Shown here piece by piece: positions 26,558 to 39,865 of a stretch of 64,000 nucleotides of DNA (the first letter of the stretch is position 1; each line of letters opens with the position of its first letter). Position numbers and translations under genes: made by a program. This DNA is from Octopus vulgaris (Eukaryota). The stretch covers positions 111,228,001 through 111,292,000 of the forward strand of contig OX597814.1 in assembly GCA_951406725.2 (NCBI GenBank), in the 5' to 3' direction. The notes under the pieces were generated by a model that saw only the letters and a program-made list of their open reading frames with translations, did no database searches and was not told the origin of the DNA.

Positions 26558-27104
26558 TATATATGTAAACATGTTTACATATATACTACATATACTACAC
26601 TCTCAGAGTGACATGTATATACTACACTCTTGGACTGATTGGCATTAGGAAGGGCATCCAGCTGTAAAAACTCTGCCAGATCAAGAGTGGAGCCTGGTGC
26701 AGCCATCTGGTTCGCTAGCCCTCAGTCATTCATCCAACCCATGCTAGCATGGAAAGCGGACGTTAAACGATGATGATGATGTTTCACATGATCTCATGAT
26801 TGACTAGACTATTGGATGTTGTTATACATCACTGGCCACAATGCACTTTGCATCATTTTAGCTTTCAAATGATAGTTAGGTGAGCAGCGTTGCCCCTGAT
26901 TGGAAGACTATTCATTTACAGCCAAGTAGACTGGAACAATGGGAAATGAAGTGTTTGGCTCAGGAACACATTGTACTGTTTAGTCCAGAACTGAAACCCA
27001 TGATCTAGCAATCGTGAGTGCTATACCGGAACCTCTAGGTCATGCGCCTTCTTATACATATCGATGATGAATGATGATTATGTACAATATTATATATCCA
27101 TCAC

Positions 27105-27187
27105 AACTGATCTTACCAATCAGTTTCGCGCAAGGATTACAATGGAGTGTTAGGTAACAACCAATTATATAACCTTATGCTCATCAG
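27105..27187 (-). ncRNA. Hammerhead ribozyme-like motif downstream of the Penelope fragment
   Basis: CUGAUGA-GCAUAAGG...CCUUGCGC-GAAACUGAU(UGGUAAG)AUCAGUU. Stems II and III pair; stem I is degenerate. Confidence 0.55.
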
Positions 27188-27559
27188 AGTTAACCAATAT
27201 GAAAGAGGATATGGCAACTGTTCTCTATTGTTGGAGGTGGATTAACACAACTGGTTTGCAGCTGCTGTGAAAAAGGTGGTGGAACTTAAAGGGCCAGGAG
27301 ATTAGGTTAGGGGTTATGTCCCTTGGTTGGGTATGCTGTAAGGCCAGTAAGAGTTATCGTGAAGTTGTTTGTGGGAAAAGTGTACATTATTAAGTGTCAT
27401 GCACCTGTGGGGATGGAGTGTGTGATATGTGTAGTGGTGTCATATTCATAATTTTTTTCCAGGGGTATCGGATATATATAGTTGTGTTCATTGGTCTGTT
27501 TTCTTTCTGTATCGGTTAAGTTCATGAGGAGTTTTATGTTATCTAGCAGTGTGTAATGT

Positions 27560-28700
27560 GTGTGTGGTCTATATATCTGCACTAGGTGCAGAGCTAAAGG
27601 ATATTCTCAGGGTATGTCTATTAAATATCTGTGGCGGTACAATGTATGTGAAAGTGTATATGCTGGTGGTGGTGGGAGATAGTCTATTTTGTAGGGTGTC
27701 CGCCTTATAGTGGTATGCATGTGTGTACATGGGTGCATTGGTGTATACTTTGGTCAAACTCTTTGCTGGGTTTAAAGGCTGGGGTCCTGTGGTTGCAGTT
27801 ATGGTGGGGTGCACAAGTACAATAGAATATACTTCCTTTCATGTGGGCAAGGATTAAACACCTCACTCCTGCTATTCAGGTAAATATCCTGGCATTGGGT
27901 ACCCTTTAAAATTGCTTCCTGTTGTTGTTGAAGTACAGTTTGCATCTCTCCAAGATCCTCCACTTTATGTTGTACTCTGTGGTACTTTCTTTCAAAGACT
28001 AAATGTACTTGGCTAAGGTTGTGGTGTTACGTCTCCCTAGGATGTTGAAGGAGGACTTGTGATTGTTAAAGTGGGTTCTGAAGGGGCTTTCCCTGCCATT
28101 TTTCCACATGCTTGGTTGCCCACTGGGTCCTATGGTTGTTACCTCTGCTTCATGTACAACTGTCTTCGTGTTACAGTCACCATTCAGTGGACAAGTTGTG
28201 TTACCCCTGCATGAGCATCCTGCCTCTGCCTCAGGTGTAGACCTACTTACTAAAATCTTTTTTACTCCAGGTGCACAGCTAAAAGATATTCCCAGGGTAT
28301 GTCTATTAAATATTTTGTTGAAGCTATTAGTATAGGGAAAGTGTTTATCAACTAAACTAAGAAAGATTTTACCTACTCTAGTTTTAACATTTAAAGAGAT
28401 GGGCAGCATGAACCACAACACTTTCCTGTTGTGCTTTCTCTTGAGGGTTCCAGGGTCTGGCATGTAACTAATACTATCCTTGAAACTGCTGGCAACCAGA
28501 ACCCAGTTGAAGTACAGAGCAGTAGCATCAAAGGTCTCTTTGCTTGAAGATAAAGTGAAGATTCTCCTGCTGTGACAGGTTGGCAAGAACCTGTGTTAAT
28601 GTATGATAGCTTCTCATTTGGTTTCCTAAAGGGCCTATAGGCTCCAGATTCCAGGTCCAGGGTCATGTCAAGGAAGTCTACCATTTTCTGGTTGGGTTAG
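27560..28700 (-). mobile_element. Penelope-like element fragment (RT C-terminus, linker and GIY-YIG endonuclease), disrupted
   Basis: VDFLDMTLDLESGAYRPFRKPNEKLSYIN; KVLWF...NVKTRVGKIFLSLVDKHFP...KIFNRHTLGISFSC; CSCR...CPLNGDC...FRTHFNNHKSSF...TTLAKYI. Confidence 0.85.
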
Positions 28701-28980
28701 TGGTCAAGGTGATGCACTCACGATCCAGCGGTTGTGATTTCAATTCCTAGATTGGATAGTGCATCGTGTTCTTGAGCAAAACACTTCATCTCATGTTGCT
28801 TTGTGATCACTTCAACACTTGACACATGATACACGGTGCACCTGTTCAGACAATGTCAATTTGATGGAAGGAGTGAGGTAATATGCAAAACAAATATTTG
28901 ATCACTATAAACAAATAATTTGTGTGGATCATTTGGCAAAAGCTGTCTTCAACAGAAGAGTCCATCATACACACACATAT

Positions 28981-29670
<690 letters not shown>

Positions 29671-30394
29671 GGGAAAGGATCTTTATGCTTTGGTTCTTTG
29701 GACATTAGCAATTCTTCATAAGAAAAACGAAAAGAAAAGAAAAAGAATGGTGGAAAGAAGGGAATAGAAAAGAAGAAAATGTTTTGGGACCATGTGGGAA
29801 TGTGGTTCTATAGGGATGAATTAAGATGAGATGGAGAAACAGGGTGTTGAGTTGCAAAGAGTATCTGTGGAAAGAGATGGGCATAGGAGGGAAGGTGTTT
29901 GAGTGGGGTTGGGATGCAGGTGGTTTGTTGGGGGTGAGTGGTGTTGGGTAGGATATGAATGTGGTAAAGGTGAAAAATGCGGGGAAACGGCGAAACAAGC
30001 AAAAGAATAAAACAATTTGTGTCTGCATAGTATATGTGTGTGTGTGTGTATGTATGTGTATGTGTACGTTTGTGTGTCTGTGTTTGTCACCCCAACATTG
30101 CTTGACAACTGATGCTGGTGTGTTTACTTCCACATAACTTAGCAGTTCAGCAAAAGAGGCTGATAGAATAAGTACTAGGCTTACAAAGAATAAGTCCTGG
30201 GGTCAATTTGCTCAACTAAAGGCGGTGCTCCAGCATGGCCACAGTCAAATGACTGAAACAAGTAAAAAAGTAAAGAGAGAGTAATAGTATGTACATATAT
30301 ATGTATGTATGCATGTAGGTATGTATGTATGTATGCATGCATGTATGTATCTATATATGCATGTATGTATGCTTGTATTTATGGTTGTATGTAT

Positions 30395-31025
30395 GTTAGC
30401 TAAAGGAGAACAACCTCCACATAAACCAAAAAAGAGGTATAAGGACTTGTTGAAGGCTTCCTTAAGAGATGCTTGCATCTCTCCTCACACATGGGAAGGC
30501 ATAGCTATTGATTGTAGCAGGTGGAGAAGGATTGTGCACGAGGGGACAGCCACTTTTGAGAAATCTCGAGTTGCACATGAGAAAGTAAGGAGAAATGTCA
30601 GGAAGGGCATCGCTGTTGCACTTCCAGATGGGAAGGGTCTTCCTTTGATGCTGACATGCAATGTCTGTGCAATATCTGCCTCAGTAAAGCTGGACTCAAA
30701 AGTCATCTTCGTAGTCATAAAGCGAGACAGATTAGTGACAACCTGGCCACTGATGGTGGTGTAACACACCATACTAATCATATCTGTCGAGCATGTGGAA
30801 GAGAGTGTAATTCGGCAGGAGGACTTAAACGACATGCAAAGGTACATGAAGCCCAGTTACAACTACAGCCAGCTATTACCGGTAAAGGTATTAGTTGCCA
30901 ATTCTGTACAAGACATTGTAGATCTTTAGCTGGGCTAAAAAGTCACATTTGATCACAGCACCAGTAACAGTTAAGCTTCATGCAATGGCCATACTCGATA
31001 ATGAGGGAGCAGCCATAATAATAAT
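30395..31025 (+). mobile_element. RTE-clade LINE 3' end with three C2H2 zinc fingers
   Basis: KPKKRYKDLLKASL...WEGIAIDCSRWR; CLSKAGLKSHLRSH; CRACGRECNSAGGLKRHAKVH; CQFCTRHCRSLAGLKSH; (TAA)n tail. Confidence 0.75.
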
Positions 31026-31259
31026 GCATGTATGCTTGTATGTATGTATGCATGTATTTCATCTATTCTCATAATTTCTTTTCTCTATCCCAAATCATTA
31101 TGTCTGGTCTGTTGTGCAAGCATTTTATTGAAGCCTTGACAGAAGTTTTCCACCAGCATTCTTTCATACTGTCTGTGGTTATGATAATGATATAATGATA
31201 TAATAATAATTGTGTACAGTGCTCAGGTGCACTACAACTCATCTAAAGTGTATATATAA

Positions 31260-34040
31260 TCAGGTGTAGTTTCGGCGGATTTCGGAAAGCATGAGGGCCT
31301 TAAAGGATGCAGTGTCATGGCAGTCAACAACTGACACAGGCAGTTTATTCCATGCTTCAGCAACTCTGAGCGTGAAAAAATGTTTCCGAAAGTCATGGGA
31401 GCTGTATTGTTTTCTGACTTTGTAGGCATGTCCACGTGTGTTAGACACATGGAGATCAAAAAGGTGTTCAGTGTTGTTGTTGGTGAGGTGGTTGATAACT
31501 TTGTGGGTGTTTACCAAGTCCGTCGCCAGACGCCGGAGCTTCAGTGAATCCATGCCCAGAGAAACAAGGCGCTCAGAATATGGTAGGTGTCTGATGGAGG
31601 GTATGCGTTTGGTTGCACGTCTCTGGACAGATTCCAGGAGGTCAATGTTCTGAGCAAGATAGGGGTTCCAAACTGATGATGCGAATTCCAAGTGTGGTCG
31701 TACCATAGCTGTATACAGTTTTAAATAGATGGCTGGAGAGCGGCTAACAAAAGTCTTGCTAAGTGATGCCAAGACACCCTCGGCCTTCTTGACAATTTTA
31801 GAGATATGCTTTGTCCAATGCAAATCACTACTGACAGTGATGCCTAGGTCACGCTCGCAAGAGGATTTCTTGATATCAGTGTTGTGGAGGGAGTATGTGG
31901 ACGCAGGGTTTTTTCTCCCAAAATGCATGGTGGTACACTTGTCCACAGCCAGTTTCTGTTGCCAGTCTGTGATCCATTGCTGCATTGTGTCTAGGTCTGA
32001 TTGCAGGAAAGAGTTGTAGACATCAGCATCTGTCCTCTTGATTTCAAGGTACAGCTTGATGTCGTCTGCATATTTCAATACTGTGGCATTCTTTAAATTG
32101 GCATCTATGTCATTAATGTATGCCACAAACAAGAGGGGACCAAGGACAGATCCCTGTGGTACACCCGATGTCATCTCATATGGTGTAGAATGCTGTCCTA
32201 GAACTGTGACTACCTCCTTTTGGCTGAGAATGAAGGATTTCAACAAGTTAAAAAGGTCATCCCTCACACCCATTGCAGAGAGTTTCACCATAAACCTTTT
32301 GTGTGGCACAGAGTTGAAAGCCTTAGCAAAGTCAAGGTAGACAACATCCACCCATGAGCCACTGTCAGTGATCTGAGTAATGTCCTCAAGGAACTCGACA
32401 AGCTGATCACTGCAGCTGGAGTTAGGGACAAATCCATATTGTGAGGGTCGGATGAGACAGTGAGAGCTCCAGAAGTTCCAGAGTGTTTCTCTGACACACG
32501 ATTCCATCAGTTTTGCAATACAGCTAGTGAGATTGACTGGGCGATAGTTGACAGGTGATGTGCGGTCACCCTTTTTGAACAGAGGAATGACACTGGCAGT
32601 TTTCCACTGCTCCGGAGTGGCACCATTGTTGAGACAGTACTGGAAGAAAATAGAAAGCTGATGTAAAAGGAAGTACCTGCCACGTTTGAGGAGCAGGTAT
32701 GTAACTCCATCGAGACCAGGGGAGGCATAGTTGCGCTTATTTTGAAGGTGACGTCGCAGCATTGCAGGTGTAAATTCCATAGTTGTTATGGAATTTGCTG
32801 TTAGTGATGGTGAAGATGGTACATTTTGACTTTCAACAGTGAATGTGTTTGCATAGCACTCGGCAATGAGTTCTGCGCATTCCTTGGGGTCGTCAGTGAT
32901 CTGGTTTGTGTGAGGGTTGCGAAGAGGGCCCACTGGAGAGTGAGGTCTCTGCTTTGAATGCACATATTTCCAGAAAACCTTGCTGTCAGGATTGGCTGCT
33001 ATGCACTGTTCAAATTCAAGCACTGTTTTTTGTCACTTGCTTGAGATGGTTGGAAGATTTATTCTGCTTCTTCCTGTTGGTGTCTGATTTATGCAACTTG
33101 TATTCCCGTTCAGCAATCCGACGTTCCTTCCTGGCAAGTCGGACCGCTGAAGTTTCCCAAATTGCCCTTTTGGGGCGGTTCTTCTTTTTCTGTTTACGTG
33201 GCACTGATGCTGCACATGCTGCCCATATTGAGTCCAGGATACTCTGGAGTATAGTATTCACATCTCCAGAGTTGTAGAATTCACGCCAGTTTGGGTGCTG
33301 TAGTTCAGTGTGGTACAGGTTCCAATCTGCTCTCTTCCAATCAAAGGAAGCAGATTGGAGATGGTTCAGGTTTTTGTTGCCCACAAGAGCCAGATTGGCG
33401 ATGATCATAGCATGATCAGAGTCACCTAGAGGTTCCTCCGTAGTGCAATTGATAACCGCTTCAGGAGTTGTGGTGAAGAGCAGGTCCAAGGTGTTGTCAC
33501 CTCTTGTTGGAGAGGTGACTACTTGTGACCAGTTTGAGTCCAGTACAAGCTCAACAAAATCGTTTGCACTCTGTGGCCAATGGAAGGTTTCCCAATTGAT
33601 CTCAGGATGATTGAAATCACCTGCAATAAAAACATAAGTGACTGTTTTCCTGGCAGCAGCTCGGAGGATATCGCAAAGCTGTGTGTCCTGATGGTAATTT
33701 GGGGGACGATAAACAACGCCAAGCAGGAGTGTTGACATGATCATACGTACATCACAGAAAAAAAACTTCTTCTTGTGATTCGTTCAAATCGGCACAAGGA
33801 ATTACCAAAAAATTTGAACAAACGTAGACCATCACACCACCACCACGGCGGTTAATGCGGTCCTTACGGAAGAGGTTGTACCCCGTAATGTTGAAAACCC
33901 CATCACAGAGTAAGGAATGCGCCCATGTTTCTGTGACAGTGATGAAGTCAGGGTCAATACTTCTGACGTAGGCGTTGAACAAATGTATTTTGTTGCATAA
34001 ACTGCGAGCATTTAAGGACAACAATTTGTACCCTGCTTGC
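31260..34040 (-). pseudogene. CR1 ORF2 (APE endonuclease plus reverse transcriptase), two frameshifts near 33760 and 33020
   Basis: LSLNARSL, VTETW, RKDR...GGGV, VYRPP, AGDFNHP, TRGDNTLDL, SDH; PLFKKGD...NYRPVNL, YLDFAKAF, GVPQGSVLGPLLF, YADD. Confidence 0.92.
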
Positions 34041-34043
34041 AGT

Positions 34044-34783
34044 TTATGATGGTGTGTAGAGGATGGCAGGTTGTTCTGGTTTAGTTTCCCTGAGTTGCTG
34101 TAGTCTTTTTAGATTTTTTTCAGTGTCAGTTATTGTGGGTAGAGAGCACTCAGACCAGCTGGTATCTCTCTTCCATGTTTCAGCAGTCTTAACAAATCTC
34201 CAGATTTGTCTATCTTCACGAAGACTGAAACTTTCTTGTAGAGCTGAGTTCCGGTTCAGAGAAGCCGCTACACGTAGCTTCGGATGTACATCGGATGGTA
34301 AGCCTGGGCGTGTTCGGAAGGTAGTCCGATTTTCACGCCCAGCTTTAACTGAGGCCAGATGGTATGAGGTTGCCTTAGCGTGGTCTGAAAAAGACAGCTT
34401 GATGAGCCTGGGTTTTGGGCCAGGTCGTCCAAGGCGGAGAGCACCCGTTGGGGGAACGCAGCCTAGGTCTTTGGCTGAGTTGGCAGCAAATGCCTGAAGA
34501 TCAGCCATGTCTTCTGGCACCCCAATGGCAATAACTTCATGGGTAGCAGAATCCGTGGTCTTAGATTCGGCAAGAGGTACAGGTACAGGGAGGTTCTTTA
34601 GCAGAGCATTCCGATAAGACCCCTCATTGTGGAGTCCAACCTGAATGCTAGCTTTTATTCCTGCTACTTCCCCTCTTAAAGCACAGATCGATTGTTGCAG
34701 TTCTGCAAGAACCGCACTGGTCAATTGGTGTTGTTGTTGTTGTTGTTGCTGCTGCTGCTCTAGTTGTGGTTGATTTTGTTGTT

Positions 34784-34814
<31 letters not shown>

Positions 34815-34818
34815 TTGT

Positions 34819-34850
<32 letters not shown>

Positions 34851-34851
34851 T

Positions 34852-34885
<34 letters not shown>

Positions 34886-35306
34886 CTGGTTGTGGTTGAT
34901 TTTGTTGTTGCTGCTGTTGTTGTTGCTGCTACTGCTCTAGTTGTGGTTGATTTTGTTGTTGCTGCTGTTGCTGTTCCGCCTCCTCCACGGGAGTGGCAGG
35001 GGGAGACACAATCGTCGGTTGTGGAGGCATGCAGGCCTGACACTGAAAAGTCCAAGATTTAAGCTGAACCATCTTCCAGAGTCTATCCATCATAGCATTA
35101 TGATGGCTCTTTTTTTGGCCTGGGATCTTCTGAAAATCCGTGGCACATTGGAGTCAGACAGAGATGAGACATGTCCCACATTCGACCCAGCAATTATGGA
35201 ACGTATTTTCGGGTTCCGTACAGATGTGGCAGGTGTGATTTTCTGGGCAGTGTTCTATTTTGGAGCAGCGACCAGTCTTATCGCACTCCACTATGGATTC
35301 CACCAT
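34044..35306 (-). pseudogene. CR1 ORF1: PHD-like finger, polyQ, coiled coil and RRM-like region; two in-frame stops
   Basis: The ATG at 35306 is in frame with ORF 34044-34724. CHIC...WVECGTC...C...FQCQAC, about 80 mostly Gln codons, LAELQQSICALRGEV, RLGRPGPKPRLIKL. Confidence 0.7.
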
Positions 35307-35856
35307 GGCGATTTTGTTGCTTCTGGTCATCCGTAGAGACAGAAAATGCCCTCATCATTACTGTAACTCCTTTCATTTATCTCTTCGAGATTATCCTTTC
35401 TACAGATTTCATTATATTATGTATGTATGCATGTGTGAACAGACACATGTATGAATTTATGCATGCATGAATGTGCGCGTGTGTGTGTGCATGTGTGTGT
35501 ATTTGTTGGTTGGCTGCCATTTGACGTGGTGGAGAATACTCTCTCAAAGCTCTGGGTGTTAAAACACCTGAAAGTCATGGAGAGGCAAGATAAATCACTT
35601 CCAATCCCATCCAGGAATGATAAGCACCTATGGATACACACGCACACATACACACACTCATACAAATATATATTTATATAGATATGTTTGTGTGTGTGTA
35701 TGTGTATGTTTGCATATGCAAAATAAATTATGCACTATAAATATACATATATCAAATATGCAAATAATACAAATTAAAATCATTAGCATGTTCATGGATA
35801 TCTTAATTACAATAATGACTTTGATTTATTCTAAATACAGTCCTTTTTTTTTTTAG

Positions 35857-35989
35857 TTAAACGCTGACTTCAACAAGTGCAATTGTATAGTAGCTTTGTC
35901 CAAATGGTTGGAAGCTATTGGTTTGTCTGCCAATGATGGAACTTACTTTAAGAACTGGCTCAACGACATTGTAAAACCAGATAAAGGAG
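35857..35989 (+). CDS. Coding exon F (LNADFNKCNCIVALSKWLEAIGLSANDGTYFKNWLNDIVKPDKG)
   Basis: Poly-T plus ag acceptor, G|gtaagt donor, 133 nt, phase 0 to 1, in frame with exon E. Confidence 0.85.
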
Positions 35990-36011
35990 GTAAGTTTTCT
36001 ACACATGTACA

Positions 36012-36420
36012 GGTGGAGACATGGGTGTGTGGTAAGAAGCTTGCTTCCCAACCGCATGGTTCTAGGTTCAGTCTCACTATGTGGCACCTTGGTGGGGCAA
36101 GTGTCTTTTACTATAGCATCAGGCTGACCAAAGCCTTGTGAGTGGATTTGTTAGATGTACACTAAAAGAAAGCCTGCCATATGTGTGTGTGTGTGTGTGT
36201 GTGTGCTTCTATGTTTGTCCTCCACCACCACTTCACAACTGCTGTTGGTGTGTTTACATCCTCATAATTTAGCGATTCAACAAAAAATAGAATAAGTAGA
36301 ATGCTTAAAAAGAAAAAAAATAAGTATAGGCATTGATTCATTTATCTAAGAATTTCTCAAGGCTGTGCTCCAGCATGGCCCCAGTCTAATGACTGGAACA
36401 AGTAAAAAGTAAAAGATAAA
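36012..36420 (+). mobile_element. tRNA-derived SINE, family of 43872-44280
   Basis: Same head, body and tail. Confidence 0.7.
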
Positions 36421-36616
36421 CACTAAATGATATAGAACCTTGTTTGTCTCTGATTCATTCATCACTGATCCAGAATAACATGGTACACATAATTGTGAAC
36501 CCTGTTGTGCTTATCAGGGATTGAACTATGATAGCACAAGTTGGTAATCAAAGATTCTGCTTGTACAACAAAAGTGTGCCCCAGCAACTACTTGACTATA
36601 TTTTATGGATTTACAT

Positions 36617-36875
36617 CAGTGGTTCTTAACTGGGGTCCACATGGCTTTTGGTGGGGTCCATATAAGATTTTGTCTTTAAAATCCATGTGCAATAAGATGG
36701 TTATGCTTCTACAACACACAAAATATTTGAACAATTTTTTATATGATTTCTAATAATATTTAATCATAAAAATGTAATAGGATTTCTTTAAAAAAAATTC
36801 AGTGGGTATGAGGGTCCAGTAGAGTAAAATAGGAACGAAAGGGGCCGATAAGCAAAAAATGACTGAGAACCACAG
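36617..36875. mobile_element. hAT-type MITE with 8-bp TSD
   Basis: TIRs CAGTGGTTCTTAAC / GACTGAGAACCACAG; ATTTACAT duplicated on both sides. Confidence 0.8.
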
Positions 36876-36885
36876 ATTTACATAA

Positions 36886-37375
36886 TTAACCCTTTTGTTA
36901 ACCCTTTCGTTACCAACCTAGCTGAAGCCACCTCTGGCTCTGAGTACAAATGTCTTGTTTTCATAAGTTTTGAATTAAAATCTTCCTCCAAACCTTAGTC
37001 ACAATTTATGTTCCTAACACTAGCTTAATGATAACTAAGTTATTTTACTGAATTCATTGTTATATTTAAAATCAATTGAAAGAATCACAGAACATCTCAA
37101 GATAAATACGGTAACAAAAGGGTTAAAATATATAATAGAGAAACAATTCTTAACCCTTTCATTAGCAACCCAGCTGAAACCAGCTCTGGCACTGTAATAC
37201 AATGTCTTGTTTTTATGTTTTGAATTAAAATCTTCCACTAAACCTTAGTCGCAATTTATGTTCCTAATACTAGCTGAATGATAACTAAGTTATTTTACTA
37301 AATTCTTTGTGATATTAAAAGTAATTAAAAGAAACACAGAGCATCTCAAAATAAATACAGTAATGAAAGGGTTAA
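36886..37375. mobile_element. Two tandem piggyBac-type MITEs (about 230 bp each)
   Basis: Each copy reads TTAA-CCCTTT...AAAGGG-TTAA; internal sequences are similar. Confidence 0.75.
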
Positions 37376-37559
37376 CATGGGACCAGTGAACAGAAAAAAA
37401 TACGAAGTCACCTGATCCTAACACGATGCAGACAAGTGTCTTTTTTCTGCAGGAAAAGGTAGAACTTATGAAGAAAATAAGTGACAGCAGAAGCTGCTTT
37501 GCTGTTGTGGGCTGCAAGCTTAGTATTAATGAATCTAGCATTTGTTCCATTTACAAAGC

Positions 37560-38020
37560 TGCCGTGCCAGTGGCACTTAAAAGGAACCATTCGAGTGTGA
37601 TCGTTACCAGCGTCGCCTTACTGGCACTTGTGCCTGTGCTAGTAGGGTGCCAAGAGCACCATCCAAGTGTGATCATTGCCAGAGCAGCCAACTGGCTTCC
37701 GTGCCAGTGGCATGTAAAAGGGCACCATTCGAGCGTGATCGTTACCAACGTTGCCTTACTGGCACCTGTGCCGGTGGCATGTGTAAAAAGATTTGAGCGA
37801 AGTTGTTGCCAGTACTGCTTGACTGGCCCCCGTGCCGGTGGTATGTAAAAAGCACCCACTACACTCTCGGAGTGGTTGGCGTTAGGAAGGGCATCCAGCT
37901 GTAGAAACTCTACCAGATCAAGATTGGAGACTGGTGCGGCCATCTGGTTCGCCAGCTCTCAGTCAAAATCATCCAACCCATGCTAGCATGGCAAGCGGAC
38001 GTTAAATGATGATGATGATG
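37560..38020 (+). mobile_element. RTE 3'-UTR repeat with VNTR
   Basis: About 5 units, conserved block, (GAT)n tail. Confidence 0.8.
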
Positions 38021-38249
38021 CTAGTGATGACAAAGCACATGGAGAAGATTCATTTCCCACTAATTCATTTATCACTGAGTTTCTTTTGGAACCAGACCAA
38101 AACAGACAACTGGAGCCTGGTACAACTCTCCAACTTGCCAGCTCCTGTCAAACCATAAAACCCATGCCAGCATGGAAAACAGACTTTTACTCATGATGAT
38201 GAAACCAAACCAAATCCAAGATATATGTTCTGTATTATTTCATTTAGTC

Positions 38250-38710
38250 AATACAGTTCTATATTTAAGAGATGAGGAATTATTTTCTTTATTTACATTT
38301 GACAGATATTTGTCCTCATCTTGTTTGTTGTTAACACAACTTTTCGGCTGATATACCCTCCAGCCTTCATCAGATGTTTGGGTAAATTTCGAACCTGGGT
38401 TCTCATTCCTAAGGTATTTTCTGTCGTCGTCATCGTCGCCGTCGCCGCCGCCGCATGCCCATGGGCATATGGCGTAGTGGTTAAGAGCATGGCCTACTAA
38501 CCCCAAGATTCCGAGTTTGATTCCAGGCAGTGACCTGAATAATAATAATAATAATAATAATAACTTCGAAAAACACCTTAGGGATGAGAACCCAGGTTCA
38601 AAGTTTCCCCAAGACACCTGATGAAGGCTGGGGGGTATATTAGCCGAAGCATTGTGTTAACAACAAACAAGATGAGGACAAATGTCCGTCAAATGTAAAT
38701 AAATAATGTT
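38250..38710. mobile_element. tRNA-hammerhead SINE preceded by an inverted copy of its own 3' module
   Basis: Minus-strand hammerhead module 38250-38420, tRNA head 38462-38537, (AAT)n, plus-strand module 38565-38710. Confidence 0.75.
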
Positions 38711-38744
38711 CATTTAGTCAGTCAATTACAGTTAGTTTGTCTGT

Positions 38745-39000
38745 CATTGTTGATGACGACCACGGACATCACATGGGAGATGAAGATGGGGCTTGGTGTG
38801 TCCGGTTGTGACCAATCAGTCCAATGCATGCTTGGAAGGCTCTGCCACAGATCAGACACTGGTGGTCTGTCAGGACTGAAGGCAAGGAGTTGGCTCTGGT
38901 CTTGATTAGTTCACATTTTCTTTGTGCCCCTGCAATCTCTTCGTAGCAGGTGGCCCCTCTGTGGCTGCAACCATGCCAATTAAGGTGGTCTTGTGCTTGC
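38745..39000 (-). mobile_element. RTE-like LINE 3' fragment with a C2H2 finger
   Basis: HQCLICGRAFQACIGLIGHNRTH. Confidence 0.55.
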
Positions 39001-39189
39001 ATTATTTTATTTATAAGCTCTTTCATAGTCAAATACTGTTACCACATTATACACTATAGTGTAGACACTCAAATGAGTTAAACATTAATTACTATATTCT
39101 GTTATTTTTATTTATGTCAAAGGCAGTGAGTTACCAGAACTGTAAGATCATTGGACCAAATGCTCAGTATCATTTCTTCTGACCCTTTA

Positions 39190-39643
39190 CAGGAATCCCT
39201 CAATTATCGCAGGTGTTACATGCCAACCACCCTCCCCCCCCCCCCCCCCGGTGATAGGGGAAAATCTATAAAGTAGAAATAGTACTGTACTGTATAACTT
39301 TTTATATAGTTTGTATATATTTATTTTATTATAAATGCAAAACAACACAATGGAGGAATCAGCATAAGCTTAAATAAGAAACCGTGATAGGTGAACAGTG
39401 ACAGGTGAACCACGATAGATGAACCACAATAGGTGAACTGCAACAGGTGAACCATGATAGGTGAACAGTGATAGGTCAACCACGATAGGTGAACCGCGAT
39501 AGGTGAACTGTGATAGGTGAACCACAATAGGTGAACCACAATAGGTGAACCACAATAGGTGAACCATGATAGGTGAACTGTGGCAGGTAAACCATGATAG
39601 GTGAAATGCAATAGGTGAACCATGATATGGCAAGGGATTACTG
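39190..39643. mobile_element. pogo/Tigger-like MITE with an internal 15-bp minisatellite
   Basis: TA-CAGGAATCCCTC...AAGGGATTACTG-TA; GATAGGTGAACCACG-type units, about 16 copies, at 39380-39628. Confidence 0.7.
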
Positions 39644-39808
39644 TACATTCTGAGCTCAAATCTCACTGTGGTGGACTTTGCCTTTCATCCTTTTGGAGTT
39701 GATAAAATCAAAACCAGTTGAGCACTGGGGTCAGTGTAATCAACTAGCTCCCTCCTCTACAAAAATTTCAGGCCTTGTAGAAAGGATTATTATTATTACT
39801 ATTACTAC

Positions 39809-39865
<57 letters not shown>

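Larger units (their letters stand above)
31200..35340 (-). mobile_element. Near full-length CR1-type LINE, antisense within an intron
   Basis: ORF1, then APE, then RT with YADD, then a short 3' UTR and (ATT)n tail. A few frameshifts and stops. Confidence 0.92.
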
